From NCBI GenBank assembly GCA_946965045.2, contig OX337233.1, positions 1,798,001 through 1,862,000 on the forward strand: a stretch of 64,000 nt of DNA, read 5' to 3'. This stretch comes from Epithemia pelagica (Eukaryota; Protista; Bacillariophyta). A program made the translations under genes and the position numbers. Shown piece by piece: positions 45,230 through 54,545 of the stretch (within the stretch, counting starts at the first letter, position 1; every line of letters begins with the position of its first letter). A model generated the notes under the pieces. That model was not told where the DNA came from and did no database searches. It worked only from the letters and a program-made list of their open reading frames with translations.

Positions 45230-45286
45230 TTCATCAGACCACGGCGAACGGGCGCAAGTCGAACCTGGGCAATGATGTGCCGGTAG

Positions 45287-48200
45287 TCACGACGAGGGCG
45301 GGGGTTGTTGAGGGGCGTTTGGACGGTTCGGACGGTCTGAAGCCATGTGGGCTGCAAATTCCGGTGTAGGTTGGAGAAGGTGCCGAACGCGATCATGGTG
45401 ACAGAACTCCCAGAGCGGTTTAAGGGAGAATAAGGGCCAGTTGGAGATAGCCTGGGGAGAAAGGCAGACGTGGTGTCGATTGCATTGCAACGGTTGGCCT
45501 TCCGAGTTTGTGCGTGAACGATGGGGACCGGTGCACCCGACAACAGAGTTCTTGTCGATGTACATAAAGCAATATTGCTTTTGGTCGAAACGGGGAATGG
45601 TGAGGGAAGACGCGAGGTCGGCAAGGAGCTTACCTGAGTGGGTATAACGTTTTTTCCCTGCCGCAGTGAGGGTGACAAGCGGGACGAGAGCTTTTTGGCC
45701 AGGGCGACGCTGGGGTTGAGCGGAGTCAGAACGAGCACGCTTGGGCGGTGGTTGGTCGGCAGCACGGTCAGGAGGACGGTCCGAGGGAGAGCGACGCCGT
45801 TGGGCACGATCGTAGCGGTCAAGAGGAGAACGAGAGTCACCCCGGTGATCAGGACGAGATGGTAGGAGATAGTTGGGGGTGGAGCGGCAAAACAAGGGTG
45901 ACATGGAGTTGGTGTGTTGGTGGGAGAGTATTGTAGGAGCCGTAAATAATAGGGTAAAGGTGGATCTCCAATCCAAACAGTAGGTGAGATTTGAGTCGGT
46001 TGAGTGCGGGCTCACATCGTAGATGAGAGTGCACTGGGGAACAAAGCCTTCAGGGTCTGCGGTGGCGGGGCAAGCTATTTTGGTACGATTCTGGGCGCCC
46101 CAGCGGAGGAATTGTTGAAACAGGTCACAGGTGTGATGGAGAAGGGCCTGAGACAGTTGTAGCGTGTGACTGGGTTGCGAGGAAGCCAATGTCGACCATG
46201 CATCTCGAGTTTGCGCTTGATCAAACTGATGAGCTGCCCAAAGCAATTGACCGGCAAGGGGACCGCGGAGAAGAAAGGGGCTAAAACCTGGAGGGAATTG
46301 GGGGAAGGAGTCGTCGTTGGTGAGTACCGTGTTTAAGAAAAACACAATATGATGGAAGAACAGCTTAAACTGGGTGCAGGAGAGACCTTGTTGCGGGAGG
46401 CGACCCTCTGGGGACAAGGGGATGGACCAGAGGAAGTGCCAAGGAGTGAGGGATAGATATAATGACTTAGGGTCGTCGAGATGAAGAGTCTGACCTGCGT
46501 TGATTCGGAATGTTCTCAGTGCTTTGCGCGGGGCTTCTGCGTGAAGGAAAGACTGAGCAAAATCGACGCGGAACGGAGCCACCGGGTATTTGGAAGCTTC
46601 AATGGCGGCGGCGAGGAGGTCAATGGCCGCTACCTCGGCGGCAGAGCTGCGATGATCAGCGCCTGCGTAGGGCAGAACTTGGCGCAGCCAATCGTTGTTG
46701 AGATGGCTGGGGGTATGGAGAAGCTCGTGGGAATAGGAGGGACGTCTCGTGGTTGTGGGCAAGTTGGGGTCAACCAAACGTAGATCAGTAGGTAGAGCAA
46801 CGATGCCCAGGAAGGCCCATTGGACTACATGAGGTGGGAGTTGGTCTGTTTCCTGGAAAATAAAGCGGTCAAAAGTAAATTGACTGCGCTCTTCCATGGT
46901 GCGTCGGATGAGGGGAAGATACGCAGAGGAAGCCAAGGTGGAATGCACATATTTGAGCCGTGTGCTCGTAAACCAAGTTGGGTTGTCAACCGGGAGATAC
47001 CACGGTGAGGTAGTGGTGGAAACCAGGGGTGCGTCCCAGGCCTGACGTTGGTGTGCCAAGGGGTTGAAGGATTGGGAGTGGTAGGACTCCATGGCTGGAG
47101 AGGCTGGGTGATAATGAGTGGGTCGACGTGGTGGGTTGTGGGGTGCATGAGGAGAGGCGTTGGAATAGGCATTGGCTGTAGAGGTTGAAGGAGACCGCTG
47201 GAGGCGGGGGGGAGGAAGGGGGGGGGGGGGGAGGAAATGCTCCTGTCGCGAGGGAGGACGAGGCGGAAGTTGCTGAATGGGGGTTCGAGTGGTAAAGGGC
47301 GGTGGGTCCGGACCGACGAGGAGACGATTCTGATGGGGTTGAGGTGGCGGCTGCTGTGGTTCCAGCTGTTGAGGGGGTGGAGGAGCACGCTGTTGTGGTT
47401 CCATCGGCTGGGGTTGTAGAGGAGCACGAGAGACAGGGACTGGGACAGGAAACCCTGGCGAGGGGTCCAGGGCTGCTGGTGAGGAAATGCGAGCCGTTGG
47501 AGGGTGAAAGGCTGTAGGACGACGAGAGAGGCTTTCTGCGGGAGGTTCCAGAGGGAATGGTCGAACTTCCGGTGTCTGGAGAGAGGAAGGAGGGTTTTTT
47601 TGCGAGGGTTTGTCCGGGGAATCGACATTCAAACGGGTAACCGTGTTGGGTTGGGTTGGGTTGAGGGACGAAGATGGTGACCGATCGTGTGGGGTGGATA
47701 TGACGCGTTGAGCAAGATGATCGTTTGGGAGGTGATTCAAGAAATCCGGAAGGTATTTTTGGACATCAAAGGAAGAAAAGGATTTGAAACCGTAGGAGGT
47801 GGACCATGACTGTGTTTGAGGGCGAAAGAGGAAAGGAACGTATGTGTGGGTGTTGTCCACGTGAGGGATGTTTTGAGGGAGGAACAGGTCGACGTCTTGG
47901 GAGGATAGCATGTTTGCTTTCTCCCGAAAGAAAGTGAAGAATTTGGTTCGCATGGTATGCAACGGATTGTTTTGGAGGAGTGCATCTGAGAAAAGCTTGG
48001 TTGTAAGGGAGAAGAAAGGATGCACAAACAGGGCTTCATAAGGGTGGATACGAGCCGGATAAGAACGGGGAAGGTTGGTAGAGATGGGGACGTTCTTGAG
48101 GGTGGTGAGGTCGGATGCTATCTGCTTGGAAGTGTGCCAAACAGTAGCAAAGTCGTCGGCGCGTTGACTCACGGTGAGGAGCCAATCGTTGACAAAAGGG

Positions 48201-49393
48201 ACGTCAAGCCAAGAGAGAGTTGTTGCCAAGTCTTTGAGATGGGAAGAACGAGTGGCTGGCATCGGGTTGTAGGTTTGATTCCAACCAAGAATAGCGTTAA
48301 TTAAACTGGCGGAGTCAGGAATGGAGGCAGGATCGAAAAGGAGACCAATAGGAAGATGATGATGACGAGGAAGGGGAAGGGCGGAAAGAGCAATCCAGGA
48401 GCCCTCGATAGGAGAAGTGTTCTCAACGGGAATTGTGAGAATGGGTTCGTCGACGCGATGGAGGCGCGAGAAAATTTGATGGGCATGTGGGGGGGAGTCT
48501 TGGGAGGGGATCCAAAGAGAATGCCACGGGTCGTCAGGCGAGTGGAGGCGTGACGTAAACTGTTCAAGGATAACAGTGGAAAATAGGGCTCGGTGAGCAC
48601 GGAGGGAGGCCAGTATGGAACTGGGGTGGGAAGTAATCCACGAGTAGGGGTTAAGTTGTGAAATGGATTGGGGACGGATGCCCGATTGGAAAGCGAACGC
48701 GGGGGCAATTAACGTTGTAGGAAAACGAAACTGCGAGGAGCTGATTTTCTGCGGGGTATCGGAAAATACATGTGCTTGCAAGCCTTTTCCATTGAAGGCA
48801 AACGCCGTGGGCCCGAGGACAACCAGGTAAGGGCCGGACGGGGGTGGGATTTTGGAGGAAAGCTTGCTGGGATCGGTGGTGGGAGCCGAGTCAAGCTGGA
48901 CAACGGCTAGGAAGCCGGCAATAGTAGGTGAGTCCGCAGCCAGGGTATACTTGGCAGGGGAAGTAACTACGGTAGCGTCGGGAGAGGAATTATTTGGCCC
49001 AAAATTCAAGGAAAGAAGATTGGCCAAAAATTCCTTCTGGATTTCCTTGGATTTTTCTTCAGGGGACAAGAAAATAAAGTCTTTAGAGTTTTGGAGATCG
49101 GTAGGGTGAAGAGGAGACATGCCGGAGAACTGATTTGGATAGGTTGTGGTGGATGCCACAGGCTTGAACAAACCAGAGGGGGAAAATGAAAGGAACGACT
49201 GGGTTGTATCGGGAGAGATTAATCCGCGAAGGGTAGGATTAATAGCGAAAGATAACGACATGACAAAGGAAGCAAAGGCAAAGACAAGAAAGAAAGAAGA
49301 AAGGAAGAAAAACACCAACAGCAAACTTGATAGAGATTGCGTTGCTCCAAAAACTCTGAGCTCCATGGCTGCTGTTGGCAGACTCCTAGACAT
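45287..49393 (-). CDS. Gag-like ORF1 of the YR retroelement
   Basis: 1368-aa ORF directly upstream of RT, with a Pro/Gln-rich hinge and a C-terminal Cys/His cluster (YCF...GCTGPH...CNRHHVC). The true start may be downstream of 49393. Confidence 0.75.
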   Translation of the reverse strand: MSRSLPTAAMELRVFGATQSLSSLLLVFFFLSSFFLVFAFASFVMSLSFAINPTLRGLISPDTTQSFLSFSPSGLFKPVASTTTYPNQFSGMSPLHPTDLQNSKDFIFLSPEEKSKEIQKEFLANLLSLNFGPNNSSPDATVVTSPAKYTLAADSPTIAGFLAVVQLDSAPTTDPSKLSSKIPPPSGPYLVVLGPTAFAFNGKGLQAHVFSDTPQKISSSQFRFPTTLIAPAFAFQSGIRPQSISQLNPYSWITSHPSSILASLRAHRALFSTVILEQFTSRLHSPDDPWHSLWIPSQDSPPHAHQIFSRLHRVDEPILTIPVENTSPIEGSWIALSALPLPRHHHLPIGLLFDPASIPDSASLINAILGWNQTYNPMPATRSSHLKDLATTLSWLDVPFVNDWLLTVSQRADDFATVWHTSKQIASDLTTLKNVPISTNLPRSYPARIHPYEALFVHPFFSLTTKLFSDALLQNNPLHTMRTKFFTFFREKANMLSSQDVDLFLPQNIPHVDNTHTYVPFLFRPQTQSWSTSYGFKSFSSFDVQKYLPDFLNHLPNDHLAQRVISTPHDRSPSSSLNPTQPNTVTRLNVDSPDKPSQKNPPSSLQTPEVRPFPLEPPAESLSRRPTAFHPPTARISSPAALDPSPGFPVPVPVSRAPLQPQPMEPQQRAPPPPQQLEPQQPPPQPHQNRLLVGPDPPPFTTRTPIQQLPPRPPSRQEHFLPPPPLPPPRLQRSPSTSTANAYSNASPHAPHNPPRRPTHYHPASPAMESYHSQSFNPLAHQRQAWDAPLVSTTTSPWYLPVDNPTWFTSTRLKYVHSTLASSAYLPLIRRTMEERSQFTFDRFIFQETDQLPPHVVQWAFLGIVALPTDLRLVDPNLPTTTRRPSYSHELLHTPSHLNNDWLRQVLPYAGADHRSSAAEVAAIDLLAAAIEASKYPVAPFRVDFAQSFLHAEAPRKALRTFRINAGQTLHLDDPKSLYLSLTPWHFLWSIPLSPEGRLPQQGLSCTQFKLFFHHIVFFLNTVLTNDDSFPQFPPGFSPFLLRGPLAGQLLWAAHQFDQAQTRDAWSTLASSQPSHTLQLSQALLHHTCDLFQQFLRWGAQNRTKIACPATADPEGFVPQCTLIYDVSPHSTDSNLTYCLDWRSTFTLLFTAPTILSHQHTNSMSPLFCRSTPNYLLPSRPDHRGDSRSPLDRYDRAQRRRSPSDRPPDRAADQPPPKRARSDSAQPQRRPGQKALVPLVTLTAAGKKRYTHSGKLLADLASSLTIPRFDQKQYCFMYIDKNSVVGCTGPHRSRTNSEGQPLQCNRHHVCLSPQAISNWPLFSLKPLWEFCHHDRVRHLLQPTPEFAAHMASDRPNRPNAPQQPPPSS

Positions 49394-49446
49394 AGCTAGT
49401 GTGATCTAGCTAGACTACGTGTAGCTACCTGAGTGTCCTGTCGCTG

Positions 49447-50166
49447 ACGCACAATAGAATGAAATCATCCCTCATGGAGATTGACGGACCGTAATCTGCT
49501 ACTTTTCTATCGTTGATTTCCGATCCCATGTTGAGGAGTACACTTCTTGGAGGGTGTAAAGTGTCTATTTGCTTTCTGTATTCAACCAACTCGTAGTAAT
49601 AGTCAATAGGAACGTAGTAATCTTTTTCTAATTCCGTTAACTCATCGTAATGGTTTCTAATTTTGAAGTACTGTTGGATTTCTTTAACAACTTCTGCTTT
49701 GTGGTGTTTTAAAACGAGGCGATAGGCAGCTTTGGCCTTATCCAACATTTCTTTCATAAAGTTGGGCTAGCATCCAAAGGAGATCTGTCTCTTCTGAAAA
49801 GTTTAAAATGCCCCAGTATGCGATGTATTCCTCTAAAGCGTTCATGAGAGTTGCCTCATCTCCTCGACTTTGAAGGGTTTCTATTTTCTTGACTTGATTT
49901 GGGTTAACATATCGGTCGACTTTATTTATGTTGTTGAACTCGAAAAAATAATCTTCGGTACTGCGCGACTGAATTAACAGGTTTTTGTTAATCTTTTTGG
50001 CTGTGTAACCCTTTTCGTAAGCTTCGTTTTCCTTCTTAAGATCTTTCTTGGTGAACTTTTCCTCTTTGTCTTGGGCATAAGATACAGTAATGCTGCAGAC
50101 CAATGTCAGCATAAAAAGGATTTTACAGAACTTGGGTGAACTGATGTGTGTTTTTATCCAGTACAT
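49447..50166 (-). pseudogene. Bacteroidota PD40/OmpA-family gene, 5' part (frameshift near 49750; cut by the YR element)
   Basis: Sec signal ending SYA|Q. Frame changes at LYERN/MLDKAKAAY. VEYRKQIDTLHPPRSVLLNMGSEINDRKVADYGPSIS starts a PD40 repeat. AT-rich, intronless and divergent from lon. Confidence 0.75.
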
Positions 50167-50216
50167 TAAATTAAATCGGCCCCTCCGGATAAATATAGGT
50201 ATATTACAAAATCGTT

Positions 50217-50232
50217 TGGCATAAGTATTGCA
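50217..50232 (+). promoter_or_regulatory. Candidate sigma-54 (-24/-12) promoter upstream of lon
   Basis: TGGCATAAGTATTGCA: GG and GC separated by 10 nt, matching the TGGCA-N-TTGC consensus, ~90 bp upstream of the likely GTG start. Confidence 0.5.
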
Positions 50233-51106
50233 AAACTTACGCTTATATTCCAAAAATAGGGATTTTACTCGTATAGTTGCACTAATTGTGCCAATTTGAC
50301 AGAAGAGAATTAAAAAAAGTGAAGAAGGACACGATAGAAAACTTAGTTATAAACCAGCTAATGAGTGAAGAGAAAAACGAAATGATTCCTCTTTTAACGG
50401 CTGAAAAAGAGAAAGAACTGCAGAATGAAGGGGTTCCTGACGTACTGACAATTCTTCCTGTCAAGAATACAGTCTTGTTTCCAGGGGTTGTACTACCAAT
50501 AACGGTTAGCAGAAAAAAATCAGTGAAGCTAGTGAAGAATTGCTACGGCAATCAGGGTTTGGAAGTTGTAAATTCACTTTTTTCCAATTTGTACGAATTT
50601 AAGCACAAATTAGCCAATTTGGCCAAAATGAACTCAATTTTCTTTATTTTTCAACGCAAATTGACTCCAAAAACTCCATTTTCTCTCTTTTTCAATCAAA
50701 TTTCCATGTCACATTCAATTTTGTACTATTCTCATTCCAAATTAAATACGTAAGTTGATTCGCAGAGATTTAAAAATGAATTTTAACTTCAAACTCAATT
50801 CACCGTTCTTTATTATACGAATTCTATCACCAACTCAACTCGTTGTCTTCTAAGACAAAATTCGAATTCACAAATTTAACCATCATATTCAACATTATTA
50901 TATCACACGATACACGGTACTCCATTGTATTTGAGTGACCATAACATACTTGAAACTTAACATATCTCTTTACCTTTTCTTGTCTTCTTGTTACCTCCTA
51001 TCTTCTTACTACAATTCTCCATTCGATGCATTGCAACTATCTCATACAGATATCTGACTCCCCAACCACAGCCACATCTTCCCTGTCTCCCAATACTTCT
51101 TTCTCT

Positions 51107-52687
51107 ATGTCTTCCACAGCAGGAGCGGTGCAAGGCACCTCTGCAGACGACGACAATATTCAACAAGAACAAGAACAAGGACAAGCAGACGAAGCTCCTC
51201 CTTCGAATGAGAATGAGAACAACACATCCAACCATAACAATGCCTCAATCAATAAAAAGATCCCACCCCTCTCCGAAGAAGCACGAGCCTTAGTCAAGGA
51301 AGAAAAAGAAGCCATCTTTTTCCGTCCACCTCCCAGGAAACACTTCAAGAACCTTACCACTCTTTGGGGTAGTGTCGAGCATCTTGATTGGGACAGGGTG
51401 GCACGTTATCGAGAGAATATCCTTGATAAGAGCAAACTGAAGAAAAATCAATACCCTGGACTCATTCAGTGCTACGAAACAGCCATGCTCTGGTTGAGTA
51501 AACCCTCCACCAATGCGTTTGCTGAGAGGGTGTTTTCCATGGCTTCCTGGTTTGCATCAAACCGACGAATGAATCGACAGGGCAGCAAGGTTTTTGAGAT
51601 GAGAACCCTGGATTGCATCAACAGGAAAGTTTTGGAAAGCATTTGGGTTGCCGAACAAGAGTTGGTTGAACAAGAGATTGTAGAAGGCAAGACTGTTTTG
51701 ACTGTATCGGATGAGCACGGTCGTGAATCAGTCAACAACCAGGATGTACTACTTCTCTCTGAGCAGTCTCATCAAGGAGATGTGCGTAGATACCATCAGA
51801 TGATCAATGGTCTCCCAGACCACATGGACTACAATGACAAAGCGTCCGAATCTTTGGTGGTGGAAGATGATGATGGTCCCCAAAAATTCTCCTATATTGG
51901 GGACGATGGCAAGACATACGAAGCAGACTCCATCGACATAGTCGACATTACCAGAGATGATGTCCCTGAACCAAGCAAAGGTGAAGTCGAAGGTAATGGT
52001 GAAGGTGAAGGTGAAGTTCCCACTGAAAACCAGGCACCTGCTACCCAAGCATTGACATCAACAGTGACCGATCAACATCAAATGAATGAATCTGATGACG
52101 AAAGTGATGGGGACTTAGGGGATGCCGATCTGTTAGAATATTTGAAAGAACGAAAGGACGAAGTTGAACACGAGGGAGACATGACGGTTGTTTCCTTATC
52201 TACTGTCCAAACTAAGGGGCAGGACACTGCCCGGTCGAGTGCTGGAGGGAAAACCTCTTTGGATTCGTCATCGAAGAAGAGGGCTGCCTCAAAGACATCG
52301 TCGGTGTCCTCTGACAAGGGAGGAACTGCCAAGAAACAGAAACGATCCGTAGCGGGTAAGAAGCCATCTCCTGAAGAACGATTGAGAGCCAAAAAGAAGG
52401 ATGGAAATAAAGATGGAAAGAAACGAGCAACTGTGACGAGTCTTCCCTTACGCCGCAATACAAGGACTCCATCGCCTAATAGGCAAGGGTCAAAAGGAAA
52501 AAAGGCGGTAAGACGTTCTCCACGCGATAAGAAAAGGAAGCAGCAGTCAAAATCCCGTGCACAAAAGGCAATAGTGTATGAAGTCGAGGACACTGAAGAG
52601 GAAGACAATGAAGAAGAGGAGGAGGAGGAGGAGGGCTCATACAGTGATGATGACGACGAGGATGGCAACGATGATACGGAAGATTAG
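51107..52687 (+). CDS. In-frame internally deleted hAT transposase (N-terminus fused to C-terminal region)
   Basis: FRPPPRKHFK..LW...GLIQCYE matches element 1 FRSPPKSIFK..WW...GILRCFE. It then joins directly (~51478) to TAMLWLSKPSTNAFAERVFS; the BED finger and both catalytic Asp regions are absent. Confidence 0.75.
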   Translation: MSSTAGAVQGTSADDDNIQQEQEQGQADEAPPSNENENNTSNHNNASINKKIPPLSEEARALVKEEKEAIFFRPPPRKHFKNLTTLWGSVEHLDWDRVARYRENILDKSKLKKNQYPGLIQCYETAMLWLSKPSTNAFAERVFSMASWFASNRRMNRQGSKVFEMRTLDCINRKVLESIWVAEQELVEQEIVEGKTVLTVSDEHGRESVNNQDVLLLSEQSHQGDVRRYHQMINGLPDHMDYNDKASESLVVEDDDGPQKFSYIGDDGKTYEADSIDIVDITRDDVPEPSKGEVEGNGEGEGEVPTENQAPATQALTSTVTDQHQMNESDDESDGDLGDADLLEYLKERKDEVEHEGDMTVVSLSTVQTKGQDTARSSAGGKTSLDSSSKKRAASKTSSVSSDKGGTAKKQKRSVAGKKPSPEERLRAKKKDGNKDGKKRATVTSLPLRRNTRTPSPNRQGSKGKKAVRRSPRDKKRKQQSKSRAQKAIVYEVEDTEEEDNEEEEEEEEGSYSDDDDEDGNDDTED

Positions 52688-52704
52688 GGACAAGTACTTA
52701 GTGA

Positions 52705-54545
52705 TTAGTAGTTTATTGATCGAACGATCTTGTTAAGATCTGTGACTGTAGGGTATTTCAACATGAAGTCTCCAACACATCGTCTCACCTGTTGTTTTGT
52801 ACCCTTCGACCCAAGTAATTGTCCAAGTGAACCAAACAGCGGGTTTACTTCTTGCCATTGTTGTTTGGGGATCCAGCACTCGAGTAAATTAGAGCATTGC
52901 GATCCATCTTGGCAATATGGGGGAATCCATTTGAGATGTCTTGCCCATTTGAGGACGTGGATGTCGCTTGGAATGCCATCGTTTCTCCGGAATGAATACG
53001 AAATCACCAAAGTTGCCGTCTTGTACCCAACACCAGGAAGAGTGGTTAATTCTTCGATGGTAATTGATGAGGGGAGTTGGCCATTATGGCGGACGATGAA
53101 ATAGTCGGCAGCATTGACTATTCGTTCTCCATTCACATAGTATTTGCCTGATTCCGACATGAGGCTACAGACAACATTCATGCCATAAGTGGTGGCAATG
53201 TCGATTGTAGATTGGGCATTGATGAATCCCATTGAGAACAGCCTTGGTACCAACAATGCTAATTGCTTGTCGGAAGTACTGCTGCTCATAAGAATGACCA
53301 CTAGGCACATAAAACCACGGTCAGCATCGGGTGAATCGGCATATTCATCGATCCATTGTTCCCATGTGTCCCGGGGTGCCAGTAGATTGTATGTGTTTGT
53401 GATGTACTGGTGAAGAGAGAGGAGATCGTTCAAGCATCTCAACCTTTCCTCCTTGGGTGTTGGATGATTCCATTTTAGTGGGGGGTCTGGTCGAACAATA
53501 GCCAATTGTCAATTTGGGCATTGTTCCTGGAAGATGCTGAATTGAATTGTTGTATTGATTGATGCCAGTCCTTTTCAATAAAGACTGCTTGAACTTGTCA
53601 AGACGTGCTCGGGTAAGAGGACTCCCTTGAAAGACATTTCTCTTTCAGAATCCAAAGATAGGATACGGAGCATGTTGTTGGGTTTTGGGTTCTAGATGAT
53701 GGTGGTTCTTTTCTGTAGGTGAAAGATGTGGAGGACAATTGGATATAGGGGTTTCACTGGCATTGGAAGGTGGACTGGGTGATGAGGTAGGTGGGAGGGT
53801 AGGACAATTAGATATGTGAATAGGACCTGGTGATGGAGTAGGCGACAGGGGAATGATGGGGCTGTCCGTGATATTGACACTGTAGTTCGGAGGAATGTTC
53901 TTTTTGAGTCGATGGAGAACATCTTCTATAACAAGGTTGATGAGGAGAGACATGTCAGGTGGGCAGCCATAGGTCTGTTGTGATGTGTTATGAAGCAGGA
54001 AAGGGGTGTCGTGTTGTGATAACCAGGATAACAGCAATGACGAGATTCGACGGTCTTGGTTTTTTCTTGCACAGTTCTCCAAGTGACTCTGGATGAAATC
54101 AACAATCTTGAGATAGGTTTCATTGGGTTGAATGTAGAAGGAGGGTTGGCAGGTGATTTGAAGGTTGGAAACAAGTTGTGTTGAATTGTTGATTGGTGGT
54201 GAGTTGTTGGAGGCATAAGGAATGTTGTCGTGACGTATTTGATTTTGTTATTCTTGAACAACGTGGTGAAGAAGGGAGGAAAACTTGGTATCAATAAACA
54301 TTCGGAGGAAGGATAGATTCTTTGTTCCGAAAGATATGGAGCTTGGGATGAATTGGACATGAGGAACAATGGTAGCATCGAAGCGGCAGAGCCAGCAAAG
54401 TACAGCCTTGGAGATACACTGGGATATTGCATCTTCTGTCTTGGGGGGGGGGGGGGGGGGGGGGTTGATGTTCAACTTGATCCAGGACAAAAGAGACAAG
54501 AGATTGATTTGTTGCAAGTCGGTGTTCAATTCGACATGAACATTT
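52705..54545 (-). pseudogene. Transposon-borne N-domain + endonuclease III-like glycosylase (glycosylase domain intact in 52705-53505; upstream part frameshifted)
   Basis: PRDTWEQWIDEY, RGFMCLVVILMSSSTSD, SGKYYVNGERIVNAADYF, HhH ELTTLPGVGYKTA and GIPSDIHV. N-domain pieces lie in ORFs 54248-54529, 53645-54082 and 53345-53578. Confidence 0.88.

Larger units (their letters stand above)
39433..49446 (-). mobile_element. Tyrosine-recombinase (DIRS-order) retrotransposon, 10,014 bp
   Basis: Gag-like ORF1, RT/RNase H and an overlapping YR ORF. CTG is present at both junctions (39430-39432, 49444-49446). Removing the element rejoins the bacterial gene in frame (DDFILLCVRRIVTKKTY). Confidence 0.88.

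Noticed and set aside
52705-53505. Calling the cargo a DEMETER/ROS1 ortholog
   Set aside because: Only the HhH-GPD fold is shared; there is no Fe-S motif or recognisable DME-specific domains. The 5mC role remains a hypothesis.
54444-54464. Long G run (also G run ~47214-47233 and C run ~62977-62996) as G-quadruplex or regulatory elements
   Set aside because: These are simple homopolymers of unreliable length, two of them encoding Pro runs; no supporting context.
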